A stretch of DNA of 64,000 bases, taken from Zootoca vivipara (Eukaryota). Under the pieces are notes generated by a model, which ran no database searches, was not told where the DNA came from, and saw only the letters and a list, made by a program, of their open reading frames with translations. Shown one piece after another: positions 35,983 through 48,562 of this stretch. The position numbers and the translations under genes were made by a program. The DNA lies in NCBI RefSeq assembly GCF_963506605.1, contig NC_083276.1, positions 80,228,001 through 80,292,000 of the forward strand, in the 5' to 3' direction. Position 1 is the first letter of the stretch; the number at the start of each line of letters is the position of its first letter.

Positions 35983-38900
35983 CTTTGGGGAGAAAAAAGG
36001 AAGAAGTGAAACAACAGTATAAGCTACCAATGTCTGAAGATTCTGTACACTGAGGTGCCCACCAGATGTTGGATTCCAACTCATCAGTGTCAGCCAACAA
36101 AGATAAGAGTTGTAGTCCAGCAAAATCTGCATGAAATCTCATTTGCTACCCCTGCTCAGAACTACAGAGTCTACAGATCTAGTAGGTTTTCCAATATCGT
36201 TTTGTCACTGGACTTAAAATTATTTGTCAAGCCCCATTTCAAAGACATCTCAGTTAGTGTGTTAAGTACAGAAAAGGAAACAAAATGGAATGCCTGCTTT
36301 GCAAACTAATGAAAGGCATTTTTATATGTCAGGGAGCAAGAATGTTTTTGGAGCTTCTTGTAAAATGGCAATGGGAAATCTTGGCCTGTGGCCCTAATTA
36401 GGCTGGTGCAGGTCCCATGAGGCTGTTGCCCACAACCCACAAGATGTCATAAGTGAAATGGGGCAGGTATGGACAAGGAAAGAACAATCGGGAGTTTAAA
36501 GTGAGTTCTCAAGTATTTCTTTGAAAGGCTCTCTGTCAGCACCAATCAGCTGATTAATGCAGACAGGGAGAAAAAACAACTAGCTGTTTGGAGCAACCAC
36601 TTTGAATCCTAACTGCTACCTCCAAATGGACTTCAAAGGTTCCCTGTAATGCTCATCAGCCGATTGGTGCAGAAAGTGCATCTTCAAAGAAGATTGTTGT
36701 ACAGTAACCCGTTTGAATGTTGATAGGTGTCATTTGATGTTTTATGCCATCAGGTAACTGACAGTTGGGTGGTCCCATGCATCTGTCAAAGCTGGGCCGT
36801 GGGAAGCAGGGGGAAGTAGAGTATTGGCCTACTGGCCAAATCCAGTTCCCCACCCCTGCCATAAAATATATAGTAAGCTATTATCATTAACTATACAGCA
36901 GTTCTGCAACCCAAAACTATACTTGTTAAGGAGGATGTTAAGTTCTACTAAATTCAGAAAGGGCTTACTGCAAATAAAAACACATATGTTTTAAAGGCAG
37001 AGTATACATTAGTTATACTCTTGATCAGCCTGACTGTTAGAGTTGGAATGTTTATATGGTGAACATGACAATTTTTAGACCCTGCTCATAGCTAAAACTG
37101 TATTTCAGATTGTCAGTGACAACCTTCTAGGACAATCACACACCTTTTCAGGACAGAGGTCAAAATATTACATGTACTGTCCTGCTGCATGTGGTCCAGA
37201 GGGCAGCAACATGAGAACAGTCCCTTTTCTGTGACAGCTCCCCACTTGTGGAATGTTCTCCCCAAAGAGGCTTGCCTGAGATCTTCATTTACATATATTT
37301 AGGCATCAGGCCAAATTCCCCCTTCTCCCAGGCTTTTGGCCTTTTTAACTGTGTGCACCGGCGGGGGTTATTGTTCTCGTTTGTTACTATGTTGTATATT
37401 TTTATGTTTTTATATTGTGAAATGCCCTTCATAAGACACCCCCCCAAATCACATAAGAGCCAATACAATTACAAGTGACCCATTCAAATACAGTGTTTTG
37501 CTTTACCTGTTGCCCAGTAGTAGATATCCCAATCATTGCTGGGCTCATTAATCAGGCGATCATAAAGATCCAGCTGTTGCTCATTCATTCGATTCAGATT
37601 CTCTTTGGCAAAGAAACTATGGGAAACAATAAAACAACATACTGGGATAACCAGACTAGGTAGGAAAAAAGATACAGATACCACAATGTAATAAAGATAC
37701 TACATTCCAGCTATGCAAGTGCCAGAAATTTCTGCACACCCATCCAGACAAACAAAAGGCATTATTACAGTTCAATGTCCAATTCCCTCCAGGCAAAAGC
37801 AATGAGGAGCAGGGCCACTGAGGGGTGTGGCCTTTGGAGAAGAGTCGCAGGAACTGGATAGAGGGGCCCAGAGGGAACATTCAGCCCCAGGTTCCCCTCT
37901 ACCAGTTCAAGATAAACCAATATCTGACTATACCCTTGATAACCTGTTTCTCCTTTTTCCTCCATAAGCCGATTTTCGTCTTTGTCCATGGAGTTTTCTT
38001 GGCAGGGATACTGGAGTGGCTTGACAGTTCCTTCTCCAGGTGACAGATGGTGACTGCAGTCACAAAATTAAAAGACGCCTGCTTCTTGGGAGAAAAGCAA
38101 TGACAAACCTAGACAGCATCTTAAAAAGCAGAGACATTACCTTGCCGACAAAAGTCCGTATAGTTAAAGCTATGGTTTAAGGTATGGAAGTGAGAGCTGG
38201 ACCATAAAGAAGGCTGATTGCCGAAGAATTGATGCTTTTGAATTATGGTGCTGGAGGAGACTCTTGAGAGTCCCATGGACTGATCAAACCTATCCATTCT
38301 GAAGGAAATCAGCCCTGAGTGCTCACTGGAAGGACAGATCGTGAAGCTGAGGCTCCAATACTTTGGCCACCTCATGAGAAGAGAAGACTCCCTGGAAAAG
38401 ACTTTGATGCTGGGAAAGATTGAGGGCACTAGGAGAAGGGGACAACATTGGATGAGATGGTTGGACAGTGTTCTCGAAGCTACAAACATGAGTTTGACCA
38501 AACTGCAGGAGGCAGTGCAAGACAGGAGTGCCTGGCGTGCTATGGTCCATGGGGTCACGAAGAGTCGGACACAACTAAACGACTAAAGCTGATTTTCAAT
38601 ATTTCATAACAGTGCTTCCTAGTGCTGTCCTTGGGTAATAGTATTTCCAAGTGCAAGGAGAGAGCAACATTTCTTTTTTTAAAATGTAGGTTTATGAAAT
38701 GATGCACAATATGGAGAAAGTAGACAACAATGATTTCGTACTTACTGTTTTCAGCTAAATTTCCAGTTGCATTTTATCAGTTTAAATTTGTCAACTGCCC
38801 AGAGAACATAGTTTCATAATTCTTATCTCTGTTTTATATACTTTATAAAGTGAAATAATCATAGAAAAGCTATACTAAAGGGGGGAGGAGATACTGGAGT

Positions 38901-39574
38901 GTGGGAATTTTAAAGTCTCGATTCTTAATATGGTTACCAGGAAACAAGTCCAAGTTGAAAGCAACGAGGTGGTTTAGGAAAGGCAGAACAGAAGGCTACG
39001 GCTCACCTGAGCAGGAGGCAGTTCTCCAGCATGCCCCTCTTGCGGCTCTCGTACAGCAGCCTCGCGCGCTTCCTCTCCAGGGCTTCGTGGGGCCGGGCCT
39101 GCCAAGGCGGCAGAGGGATCTCCAGCAGATCCCGCCCGGAGTCGGAGGGAGAGTCCCCGCGGTAGCAGCACTTCGACGAACGGAGGACGCAGGCGGGGAG
39201 GAGAAAGAGCCGCTGCGAGACAAACAGGCAGGGAAGCGGAGTAAGGCAACCAAGGGCAGCAGCAACAGCAGCGTCCGACCTGCCACTCCGTTACGACGTG
39301 AACGCTCCGGAGCCGCTGCTGGTGCGACGGTTAGGGAGTCGGACTAGGACTCGAGGAGGCCATGACGCTCAAGGGGTGACCTTGGGGGCCAACCGCTGCC
39401 TCTCAATCTCAGCCTAGCCGACCTCGCAGGGTTGGTGTTGTGGGGATTAAACCAGCAGGACTATGTGCTCCACCCTGAGCTCCTTGGAGGAGAAGCGGTG
39501 GACACGAATTCAACAAATGCCTAGATACGTAACACGCATCTCCCTTTACTCACGCGAACGCTTAGCGCCGCCAT
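35864..39574 (-). CDS. SDHAF2: Succinate dehydrogenase assembly factor 2, mitochondrial; 4 exons
   Basis: Exons (-): 39554-39574 (MAALSVR), 39007-39212 (..[32 protein letters not shown]), 37507-37616 ([24 protein letters not shown]), 35864-35982 ([19 protein letters not shown]). GT-AG and phase-consistent. Confidence 0.96.
37507..37616 (-). CDS. SDHAF2: SDHAF2 exon 3
   Basis: [14 protein letters not shown]; GT-AG bounded. Confidence 0.95.
37978..38585 (+). mobile_element. BovB/RTE LINE, 5'-truncated, with an inverted 5' segment
   Basis: [25 protein letters not shown] peptide and BovB tail; TSD AAGC(C/T)GATTTTC (37966-37977, 38586-38597). Confidence 0.9.
39007..39212 (-). CDS. SDHAF2: SDHAF2 exon 2
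   Basis: RGxxE motif (KRGMLEN); GT-AG bounded. Confidence 0.93.
39554..39574 (-). CDS. SDHAF2: SDHAF2 exon 1 coding part
   Basis: AGGATGGCG Kozak context; donor CGC|GTGAGT; phase 0. Confidence 0.8.
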
Positions 39575-40411
39575 CCTGGTTTCTTCCGCAGCCGCTCTAC
39601 CCTTTGAGGCCCACCATAGACACAGAGGCCTCTACGGAAGCCTCTCAGCTTCTCCACAACGCATGCGCCCTAAAGCCACCTCCCTGCCTCCAGCGCCCGT
39701 TTCGGAAGAGCCGCCTACGGAGAGGGGACTTTTCAGTTTTTGTTTTCTCCTGTGCAAGGCGGCAGAGCGGCAGGCCGGAAGAGGCGGGCCTTGCGGAAGG
39801 GGCGGGGGCTCGGCGGAGAGGAAGGGGCGGGGCGCCGGGAGGAGGCGCTGGCTGTAGCGGTGAGAGGAGGAGGAGGCGGCCGAGGACGAGGGGGATGGGT
39901 GTTCGCGCGCGCGTTTTGGGCCTGCCTGGGATTGCTAGGCCTTGAGCAGTATAACGGGCCCCGAGCGGCGCCGGGGAGGCGGCGGAGCTTCGTGGCCGGG
40001 GTGAGCGCGGGGGAAGTGGGTAGCGGTGGCGTGTCTCCGTCGCAGCGCGGGAAAAAGGAGGCGATGGCGGGCGCGAGCGTCCAGGCGCGCGCAGCTATGG
40101 CGGCCCGCGGAGGAGGGGAAGCGGGGAGGGAGGCGGCGGCGGCCCGGCTCTCGGGTTCTCCGGTGCCGGTGGAAGGTCTCGTCGTCCGAGTCGCCCTGAG
40201 GCGGCGAAGGGGGCGGGGCCGCCTCAGCGGGATCCTTGGCGGAGCGGAGCTGCGCGGGAACGGGCCTGGGCTCTCCCGGCGGCGGCCGCGTGAGGCGGCG
40301 ATCTCACTAACCTGCGCCTTCTTCCCCCTTCTCTTTGCTCTGTGACCCCCGCAGTGCGGCTCTTTCTTCTCCCCCTACCCCCGGTTCTCTCGGCGGCTCC
40401 CCTGGAGAAAT

Positions 40412-40465
40412 ATGTCGGAAGGAGTGGACCTCATCGACATCTACGCTGACGAAGAGTTTAACCAG
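40412..40465 (+). CDS. CPSF7: CPSF7 first coding exon
   Basis: [18 protein letters not shown]|gtgag. Confidence 0.95.
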
Positions 40466-43400
40466 GTGAGCGCGGCTGCGGACCCCGCTGGGTGGGCGTG
40501 AGGGCTGCGCCACCGTCTCGGCGGGATGTGGAAGGGCGGCAGGTGAGCGCTAGAAGAAGAGGCGAACTCTCCACGAGCCCCGAAACTTCGGCCCGTGCTG
40601 AGGTCTCAAAAGAGAGGTTTGTCCTCAGGTGCGTTGTTAGGCTGCTGGAGCATCCTTTCCTTGCACGGTAGAAATACGAAAATCTCTGTAGAAGCAAATT
40701 CCGTTGTGTGAAAAGTTCGTTGAGTGAGAAGTGAATAGTGTTAAATCAGCGTTATAACTGGAGATTTTCTAATAAACTCCTCACATTTGCCAATTGGTGT
40801 GAATTGTTTTACTCTACAGGAAAGAAAACATCATGAACCAAATGAATGCATGTTGGAAGAAATGTTGAATCACTATTTGTCCTTGTGTGTTTTGGAATGT
40901 TTGAAGTTTTCCTTTTAAAAAAAAGAAATAGGAAGTTACAGCATGATAGAAATAGAAAGTAATAGCAAGTTAGTCTCCATAATCTCTCAAGTGAGAGAGG
41001 CACCTTCCTGGAATCAAGTTAACATAACAGTTGAGGATGATGAATCTTTTACAAATATGTAGCTTGAGTCAGTGAGCAGACCAGTAGCTCCTGCATATGT
41101 GATTTCAAGTTACGGTACATAGTGTTCTGTCCCATTAACATACATTGACACAAAAAATAAACATGGAAACTGATAGGCAATTACACACTTAATCACAGGC
41201 AATACTAGCACCTTCATAGGAAAAGATCCTTCAGTTTTGCGCACACATTGCTGCAGTACATGTTCATTCTAGCCTAAAAAGAGAACAGTTAAGTGATGTT
41301 AGGGGTAGGCTACAGCAACTTTAGTCCACCTTACAGTTCTACTTCTCACTTTTTATGCCTGCTTATACCTAATCTTTTTTGGTGCAATTATAAATTGGGT
41401 CATCTTAGTTTTTGAAATGACTGTTTAATGGGGGAAAGAAGTGGGAAGACAGGATAACCTTTTCTGTCTGATGTATTAACTTTGTGTGAGAGTGCATTGC
41501 ACTAGAAGTCAAATCTGGTTTGTGGTGTATATTGTTCCCTATTGATTTCAAACCTCAAGGCTTGATTACTGTAGCACACTTTATGTGGGGCTACCCTAGT
41601 CCGGGAGCTTCAATTTGTGCAGAATGCAGTAGCCAGACCGCTCAAAGGAGCAACATACTACTCTACTGCTGAGGGAGCTGTTGTGGTTGCCTGTTTGTTA
41701 CCTGCCTAGGTTCAAGGTACTTAAATTAATTCACAAAACCCTAAACAGTACAGGCGTTTGCAATACAATTTTTCTCTTTAATCCCTCAGTTTTTAATGAT
41801 GTTTTATTGATGCTTTTTGCTGCTTTTATTTTTATATGCTGTTAACCACCTTGGTATATTTTGATGGAAGTGTGGATTATAAATACATAAATAAATAAAT
41901 AAATACAAATAAACACCCACATGTGTTTCAAGTGTGTGTTTATGTATTACTTTAAATAGAACAGTAAGAAGGCCATGCAATTCCATAAGCAGTAGGGCTG
42001 GAACCAAACTTTCACTGAACAGAATTGTACTGTAACCACATGGCAACCAGCAGCCAGTTTGTTCATAATAAGTCCTTTAGTGGCATTGTTCAGTGGCAGA
42101 GCACAACAAACCATGCAGGAGGTCCCAACAGCAGTCCCTGCCATCTCCAGATAGTGACTGACTGCTCTCTGAAGCCCCAGAGAACCTTTGCCAGTCATTC
42201 TACCAAATACTAAGCTATATGGACAGTGGTCTGACTTGCCTTAAACCAACACCCGATATTCCTACAAACCTGGACTGAGGAATGTATAGCTCCATATGCT
42301 TTAGCCCCTCGCCCCAACTACCTTCTGTCCTAGGCAGCATGGTTAGTGCTCAGGGATGATGGGCATTGTAGTTAAGCACATCTGGGGGGGGGGTCACAGG
42401 ATTCCTACATGTGCAATACTCATAGTCCTTACTCCATGTACATGCCATCTAGCATTCACAACTAGTGCAAAGGCACTTAGCTGTTTTCAGTACTTTGGAA
42501 TATATGAATGCTGGTGAAGTTGCAACATCACACAGCGTTTGCTGCTGCCCTAATTGTTGTTTTTTCTGACTGCATGGCTCTAGGTAATGACATTTCATCT
42601 CTGGGAGCATCTGATGGATGAATGCTTGTCTCTGGAAGGCATGGGGTGTATGTTAAATGTTCCTGTTTATTTGCAGTTCAAACACTTGATCAGGCAAAAA
42701 TTATTCTATTCTGCCTATAGTACCCCATTTTTAAATATTCTGTTCCCTACCAAGAGTAAAAGAAGTATAACACAAGTATGTAATGAATTAATTTTATCTA
42801 TAAGAGGTTTTCATATTTCTACAATAGTTTTCTGGAGTAAAGGATTGTTCTTGTAAACTTGATAATCTGTTCTGGTGAAGGTGTTCCATCCTGAAAAAGT
42901 TTTAATTACAACAAATCACTGGTGTAGATGGCACCATTACAGCTTTCAGACAAATATGTTTTATATATTTATTTGAAATTCCTAGTTGTGACAAGAAGAG
43001 AAACATAAAATATATTGAGGACCAAATCCTCTTGTTTAGGTATTTGTGACATAATTCAAAAACTTTATATGACTTTTGTGCACAGTCATCGTGTGTGCTA
43101 TGTCTGTTTCCTGTAGTATTTCTGCCTACCATACACTTCATTCTGTATACCTTCAGCCACTCTTCTCTTTAATGTGTGCTTACCCAGTCTTCACCCATAT
43201 TGGCTTGTTCCCCAGTGGATAGATTTAGGCCACATTCACACCATACTTTTAAAGTACTATGATACCACTTTAAACTGTCATGGCTTTCCCCAAAGAATTC
43301 TGGGAGCTGTCGTTTATTAAAAATGCTGAGAGTTGTTAGGAACTATTCCCCTCAGAGCTACAGTGGTTTAACAATCAGCCCCTCTTCATTCCGTAGCGAA

Positions 43401-46400
43401 CTCTAGGAATTGAAGTTATGGAAGGGGAATAGGAGTCTCCTAACAACTTTCAGCACCCCAAGAGTGCTTTAAATGTGTGGTTTGAATGTGACCTTATTGG
43501 TGTATAAGAACAGTATTTGTAGGCCTATAGTTGCTTCTTCATCATCTATTGGCAATGATGTTGTTAGCCACACTTGATCTGTTGCAGGATAGGAATAGTA
43601 AAAATGTACTCCCCATTTCTTCACAATGTTCATGGTTGGAGCTTCCCGGGGGGGCGGGGCAGGGCGTACTCTTACTGTGGATAGCATCTTCAACTTGGAT
43701 AGTGGTGTTTTGTGGCGGGTTATTTGCTACTATGTATGGCTTATTCCCCACACTGCCTACCATACCTTTCATGGGGACCTGCTTACTAGTATGCATCTCC
43801 TTTTGTAAGTACAGTTGTTGAGCTTCTTAGCTGTTTGTGTACTGAGCAATGAAACAGACTGCTTCTGGAGAGCCTGAAAACAGTAAACATTGGGCACCTG
43901 CCCTTTCTTTTTCTTGAATTTCACCCATAGCTATAGTTGTGGCATCACTGGCTGCTACACAAGTGCAGAGTTGCACCACCATAATGGTTTTGACAGATGA
44001 GATCAATGTGCAGGTGTAAATGTTCCATTTGTGTAGGAGTAGGGCTCCTTTCCATGGTGCAAAACGTGGGTTATAAAGTGTTTTTTCCACTATGGATAGC
44101 AGGGAACTGTCTTCACATTAGATGCTGAGTTCGCAGTTCATGAATAATTTCCCTTACCAGTCTGATCGGGTGGTGTGCATAGAGCTCATATTTTTTAATA
44201 CATCTATTCCAGGATAGCTTATGTACTGAGTCTTGTCACGTGTTTGGTGTGTGGCACCTTGTCATTTCATGTGCTTTTTCAAGAGTATGATGATGATAAT
44301 AACAATAATTATTATTACTATTATTATTTTTTATTATTTATACCCCGCCCATCTGGCCGGTTTCCCCCAGCAACTCTGGGCGGCCTCCAAGAAAACATAA
44401 TACAGAAATCCATCAAACATTAAAAGCTTCCCTAAACAGGGCTGCCTTGATTAGCTATGCTCTTTTTTGAGTTGGGGCTGAACCTGAACCTCTGCTTGAG
44501 GAACATGGGAAGCTGCCTTATACTAAATCAGACCATTTGTCTCTGTAGCTCAGTACAGTGACTAGCAATGGCTCTCTGAATTGTCAGAGCAGGGTATCTC
44601 CCAGCCCTATCAGGTATGCCAGGGATTGACCTTTTGATATTCTGCACGAAGTGCTGATGCTCTCTGTCCCAGTCCCAGATCCTCTCTGGAGTGGGTTCTG
44701 ATGTAATGGATGCTGCTGCCCATGTTTATTTCCCCTCATTTAAGAGTAACTTGGTTCCCATAGCTTTTAAATGGGTTGTCTTTATATGCTAAAGCTAACC
44801 CTTTCATTTCAGAGTTCTGTCCCTGTGTGTTTTGGCAGGAGGGTTAGTCATGCTTGTCTAGCGGTGGAGGGTGTGGGCTGTTTCCTATGAGGTAGTACCG
44901 TATGATGGTTATCAATGTACACTCATGGCCCTTGGATAGAATGCTAATGAGCAACATAATTTTTTTTCATTAGTTTCATTTTCTTCCATCTTGGCAGCAT
45001 TAGGATTTGCACACCACAACTGCACTAGTGCAGTGGTATTACATGGATGTGGGAATACACCTTTGGACCCAGAGATGCAAAAGTTGCTTGTAAGCTTTCT
45101 TGTCCCTAAGAGAATCCACTGAAGAACTAGAGAAGACATGGCTAAATAAGAACAACAATTGGACCAACAGACTGTGAGCTTTACTGTATGTAGGAATTCA
45201 TCAATGGAGGCCTTTGTCAACTGGTAGCCACTAAGATTACAGTAGAGCCTTTTCAGTAGTGGCATGCACTTTATTAAATACCTTACCCAATGAGATCAGT
45301 CAGGCCTTCACACTGTCTTTAAGTAGCAGGCAGAAACATGACTGTTTTAGAAGACTTCTGACTGTCTTCTCCCCACTCTCAGTTTAATTTGTTTAATGTT
45401 GTACATTTATGTGATTTTCAGGAATTACTTATATTCTTCGACCTGGCATGTTAACATTTGCTCATTACCACTATTTTTTAGAATTGCTGCTCTTTCATGT
45501 TTTTAGATATTGTATGAAACTTGGTTTTGGAAACCCTGATTCCATTTTTTTTCTTAAAGGCAGGATATAGGTTTTTACAATAAATTAATAGTTGAGCCAA
45601 GAATATAGAACTGTGTTCTAGGATCAAGTTTTGGAAATAGAAATCACAATGTTTGGAAGTAGGCTAAAGATTTGATCAAAGTTTCAGCAAACTGTTTGTT
45701 TCCTCTGCAGATTCAGAGTGCAAACAAGAATGTGTTGCAAATGCAGCTTCAAGAAAAATACACATTGTTGAGAATTCAAAGCCTCTGTGCCATGCAAAAG
45801 TAAAGAAGCACATACTATGGCTTGGGTCCAGGGTTGCTGCAGGCAAAACTTCGCTCAATCTGTGCTCCCATTGGAGGAAAGGAAAAGCAATCTCCACTGA
45901 TCCTTCCTGCCCCCTGAAAAACTGCTCTGAGGGGAGGGTGTTGAGGAAGACCCTTTGGAACAGCATGGGAGGTGGCAGTAGGAGGAAATCTGCAAAAATG
46001 GCCATCACGGCCGCCCTCCAGCAGGAGCCATCCCTTCCACAAATGAAAGGAAACTCTTGATGAAGCCTCGTGCATTTAAATTTTGAAGAAAATGGTTAGG
46101 CTTTCCATGGAATTGAGCTTTACTCTGATTGTAAAAAGAAATAAGATATTTCAAAATTGAAACGGGTCCAAAGTAATGAAAAGCAAAGTATGAAGCCAGT
46201 GAATTTCCAGCTGGATATTTCCTAGTACGGAGCTTTTTCTTACTCCAAAGGTTTTAAAACTCACTCTGAAAACTGTCTTAACAGTTCCTGATTCACTTGG
46301 AAGTACTAGGGTAGGGGTAAAACAAAAATTAACCCCAAATCTCTTCCTATACAGCTAAAAAAGAAATTTTATGCTGTCGTGTCTTTGGTTTACCAATTGC

Positions 46401-48511
46401 ATCTAATGGTCTTGATTCACTTTTTCAAGTTCCAATAAATATTGTTTGGCAAAAAAAGAAAAAATTGAGAGCCATCTAGGATGTAGGGAGAAGCTGGAAT
46501 TAGAAATGAATAAACTCTGGAATTCCCTCTTACCTTGAAAAAGGGGATATCAGCATTGTAGTATCAAAAGAATGCAGTTAGAGTCTGAAGAGACACAACA
46601 TGTAGCACTGTCTTCTTGGGAACCGTGGCCAGTGGAAAGAGAATCTCTAGGTGTTGCAGGAAAGTTGCTGAGAATAAATAGGTCTGTATTATTTATTGAG
46701 ACTATACTGTGTGTAGGGAAGAACTCTGGTGTCAGGCCTATTGCATGGTTCAAAAACTGCCCAGAAATACAGCAAATAAAATAAAAGGTGTTACCTGTGT
46801 GCGACATGACCAGATAACCAAGAATGTGCAGGTCTTGCTCACATGAATGCTTGCAAACACATTTAACAGGATCTTTGGAAGGTTTCAATAGCATTATCAA
46901 CAGCCACTAACTACCCTTGTTCCTGATGACGAGTCACCAGGAAACTACTTTGTAGTACAGTATATGTGTGGGTGGTGTTGCTGGATATGCACCGTTTTCT
47001 CTTCCCTTGCAGCTTATGTGATTCTGTCTTGGGTTGCTGGAGGCTATTGGGGACATTCTTCTGATGGTGTGGGCTTTTCATTGCCTTGCAGTGGCAGTCG
47101 GTATTTGCTAAAAGGCTAGAGTGGTCTTGTGCCCTTACTGTCTTAGTTTAGTTGAAAGTGAGTAACACAAACTGTACTGTGGCCTTTACTGAGGAAATAT
47201 AAATATATTTTTCTTGGTGTCAGGAAGCTAACAATAAGTAAGTTTCCAATCTTCTGCTTTGCAGATTTAAGAGGTGTTCTAAAAATAGAATTAAGTGCTG
47301 ATAGCTTGAAAATGTTGAAGTGACTTGACTTTCCTATCACCCTTTAATATCACTGCTGTTCTTAATTGATAACATTTTGTTAGTAGTATATTTTCTTTTT
47401 CTTATTAGAAATATCCATTCATTATTGCAGATTTGTCTCGTAAATATGTAAAACTATTTCTACTGCTAGTAATTTTTTTGTAGTATGTACCGCTTTCTAC
47501 TTGAAGATTTCCCAGTATTTGACTTTATAAAGATTGCTTGAAGTAGGAGCTGCTGTTATGTTTAAAATGGTCTGAAACAGCCATGTTTCTTTCATTCTAA
47601 ATAATTGGGATGTAACAAGCATATAACTAGTTCTATGAAACGAACAAATGGTTGTGACCTGCACCCCAATATATTGACTTTAATCCAATATAGCATACTC
47701 AGGCTAAAGCTCATTGATAACTACGTAACAGGCTAATTATGATTAAAGGTTTGACTGATTTCAGTGGAGTTAAGCACATCCATCTGAAATTAGACAGTGA
47801 CCATGATCCAATACATGCCAGAATTCTGATCTTGATAACATACGGTACGGTAGGATAAATAGTTGAATTCAAACCCATAACAAGTGCTAGAATTTGATTG
47901 TTTATATCCTACATGAGTTTTTGCAGTCTTGCTAGTTTAAAACATTGAAGAATCCTCCAGGTGGGATTACCTTACAATAATCTGCGAATTACAATACAGT
48001 AAAAGTAATGTGTATTTGTTTTATTTATTCAATCTATTAGTTGCTTTTTTACCAGAGGGACACAAAGCGACTTTGAGTATATAAACAGACACACATATTA
48101 AAACTGGCATAAAGAGAACAAAATCTGAAAAACAACCCTGTTTTTAAAAGGCAGTACAAGGTTTATGTTCTAGCTGCTGCTGTGTATACAAATTGAGCCA
48201 GATTATATTGCGTGGGAAGATAAAAAATTTATACCGTATACCACTCTACATAATACAGTGGTACCTCGCAAGACGAATGCGTCTTGTGATCTGATGGTGA
48301 CTCGCAAGACGATTCGTTTTGCGAAAAATTCATCTTGTGAATCACGGTTTCCCATAGGAATGCATTGAAATTTCATTAATGTTTTCCTATGGGCAAAAAA
48401 AGAAATTTCAATGCATTCCTATGGGAAACGGCAATTCGCAAGACGAATTTTTCGCAAAACGAATTGACTCGTGGAACGAATTAAATTCGTCTTGCAAGGC
48501 ACCACTGTCCT

Positions 48512-48562
<51 letters not shown>

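Larger units (their letters stand above)
38990..40620. promoter_or_regulatory. CpG island; bidirectional SDHAF2/CPSF7 promoter
   Basis: head-to-head genes; NRF1-like CGCATGCGC 39660-39668; several ETS/GABP CGGAAG motifs; GC boxes at about 39800 and 39825. Confidence 0.85.

Noticed and set aside
38901-40345. Long ORFs across the SDHAF2/CPSF7 promoter
   Set aside because: These are CpG-island artefacts; the true SDHAF2 exon 2 is in a frame the ORF track does not list.
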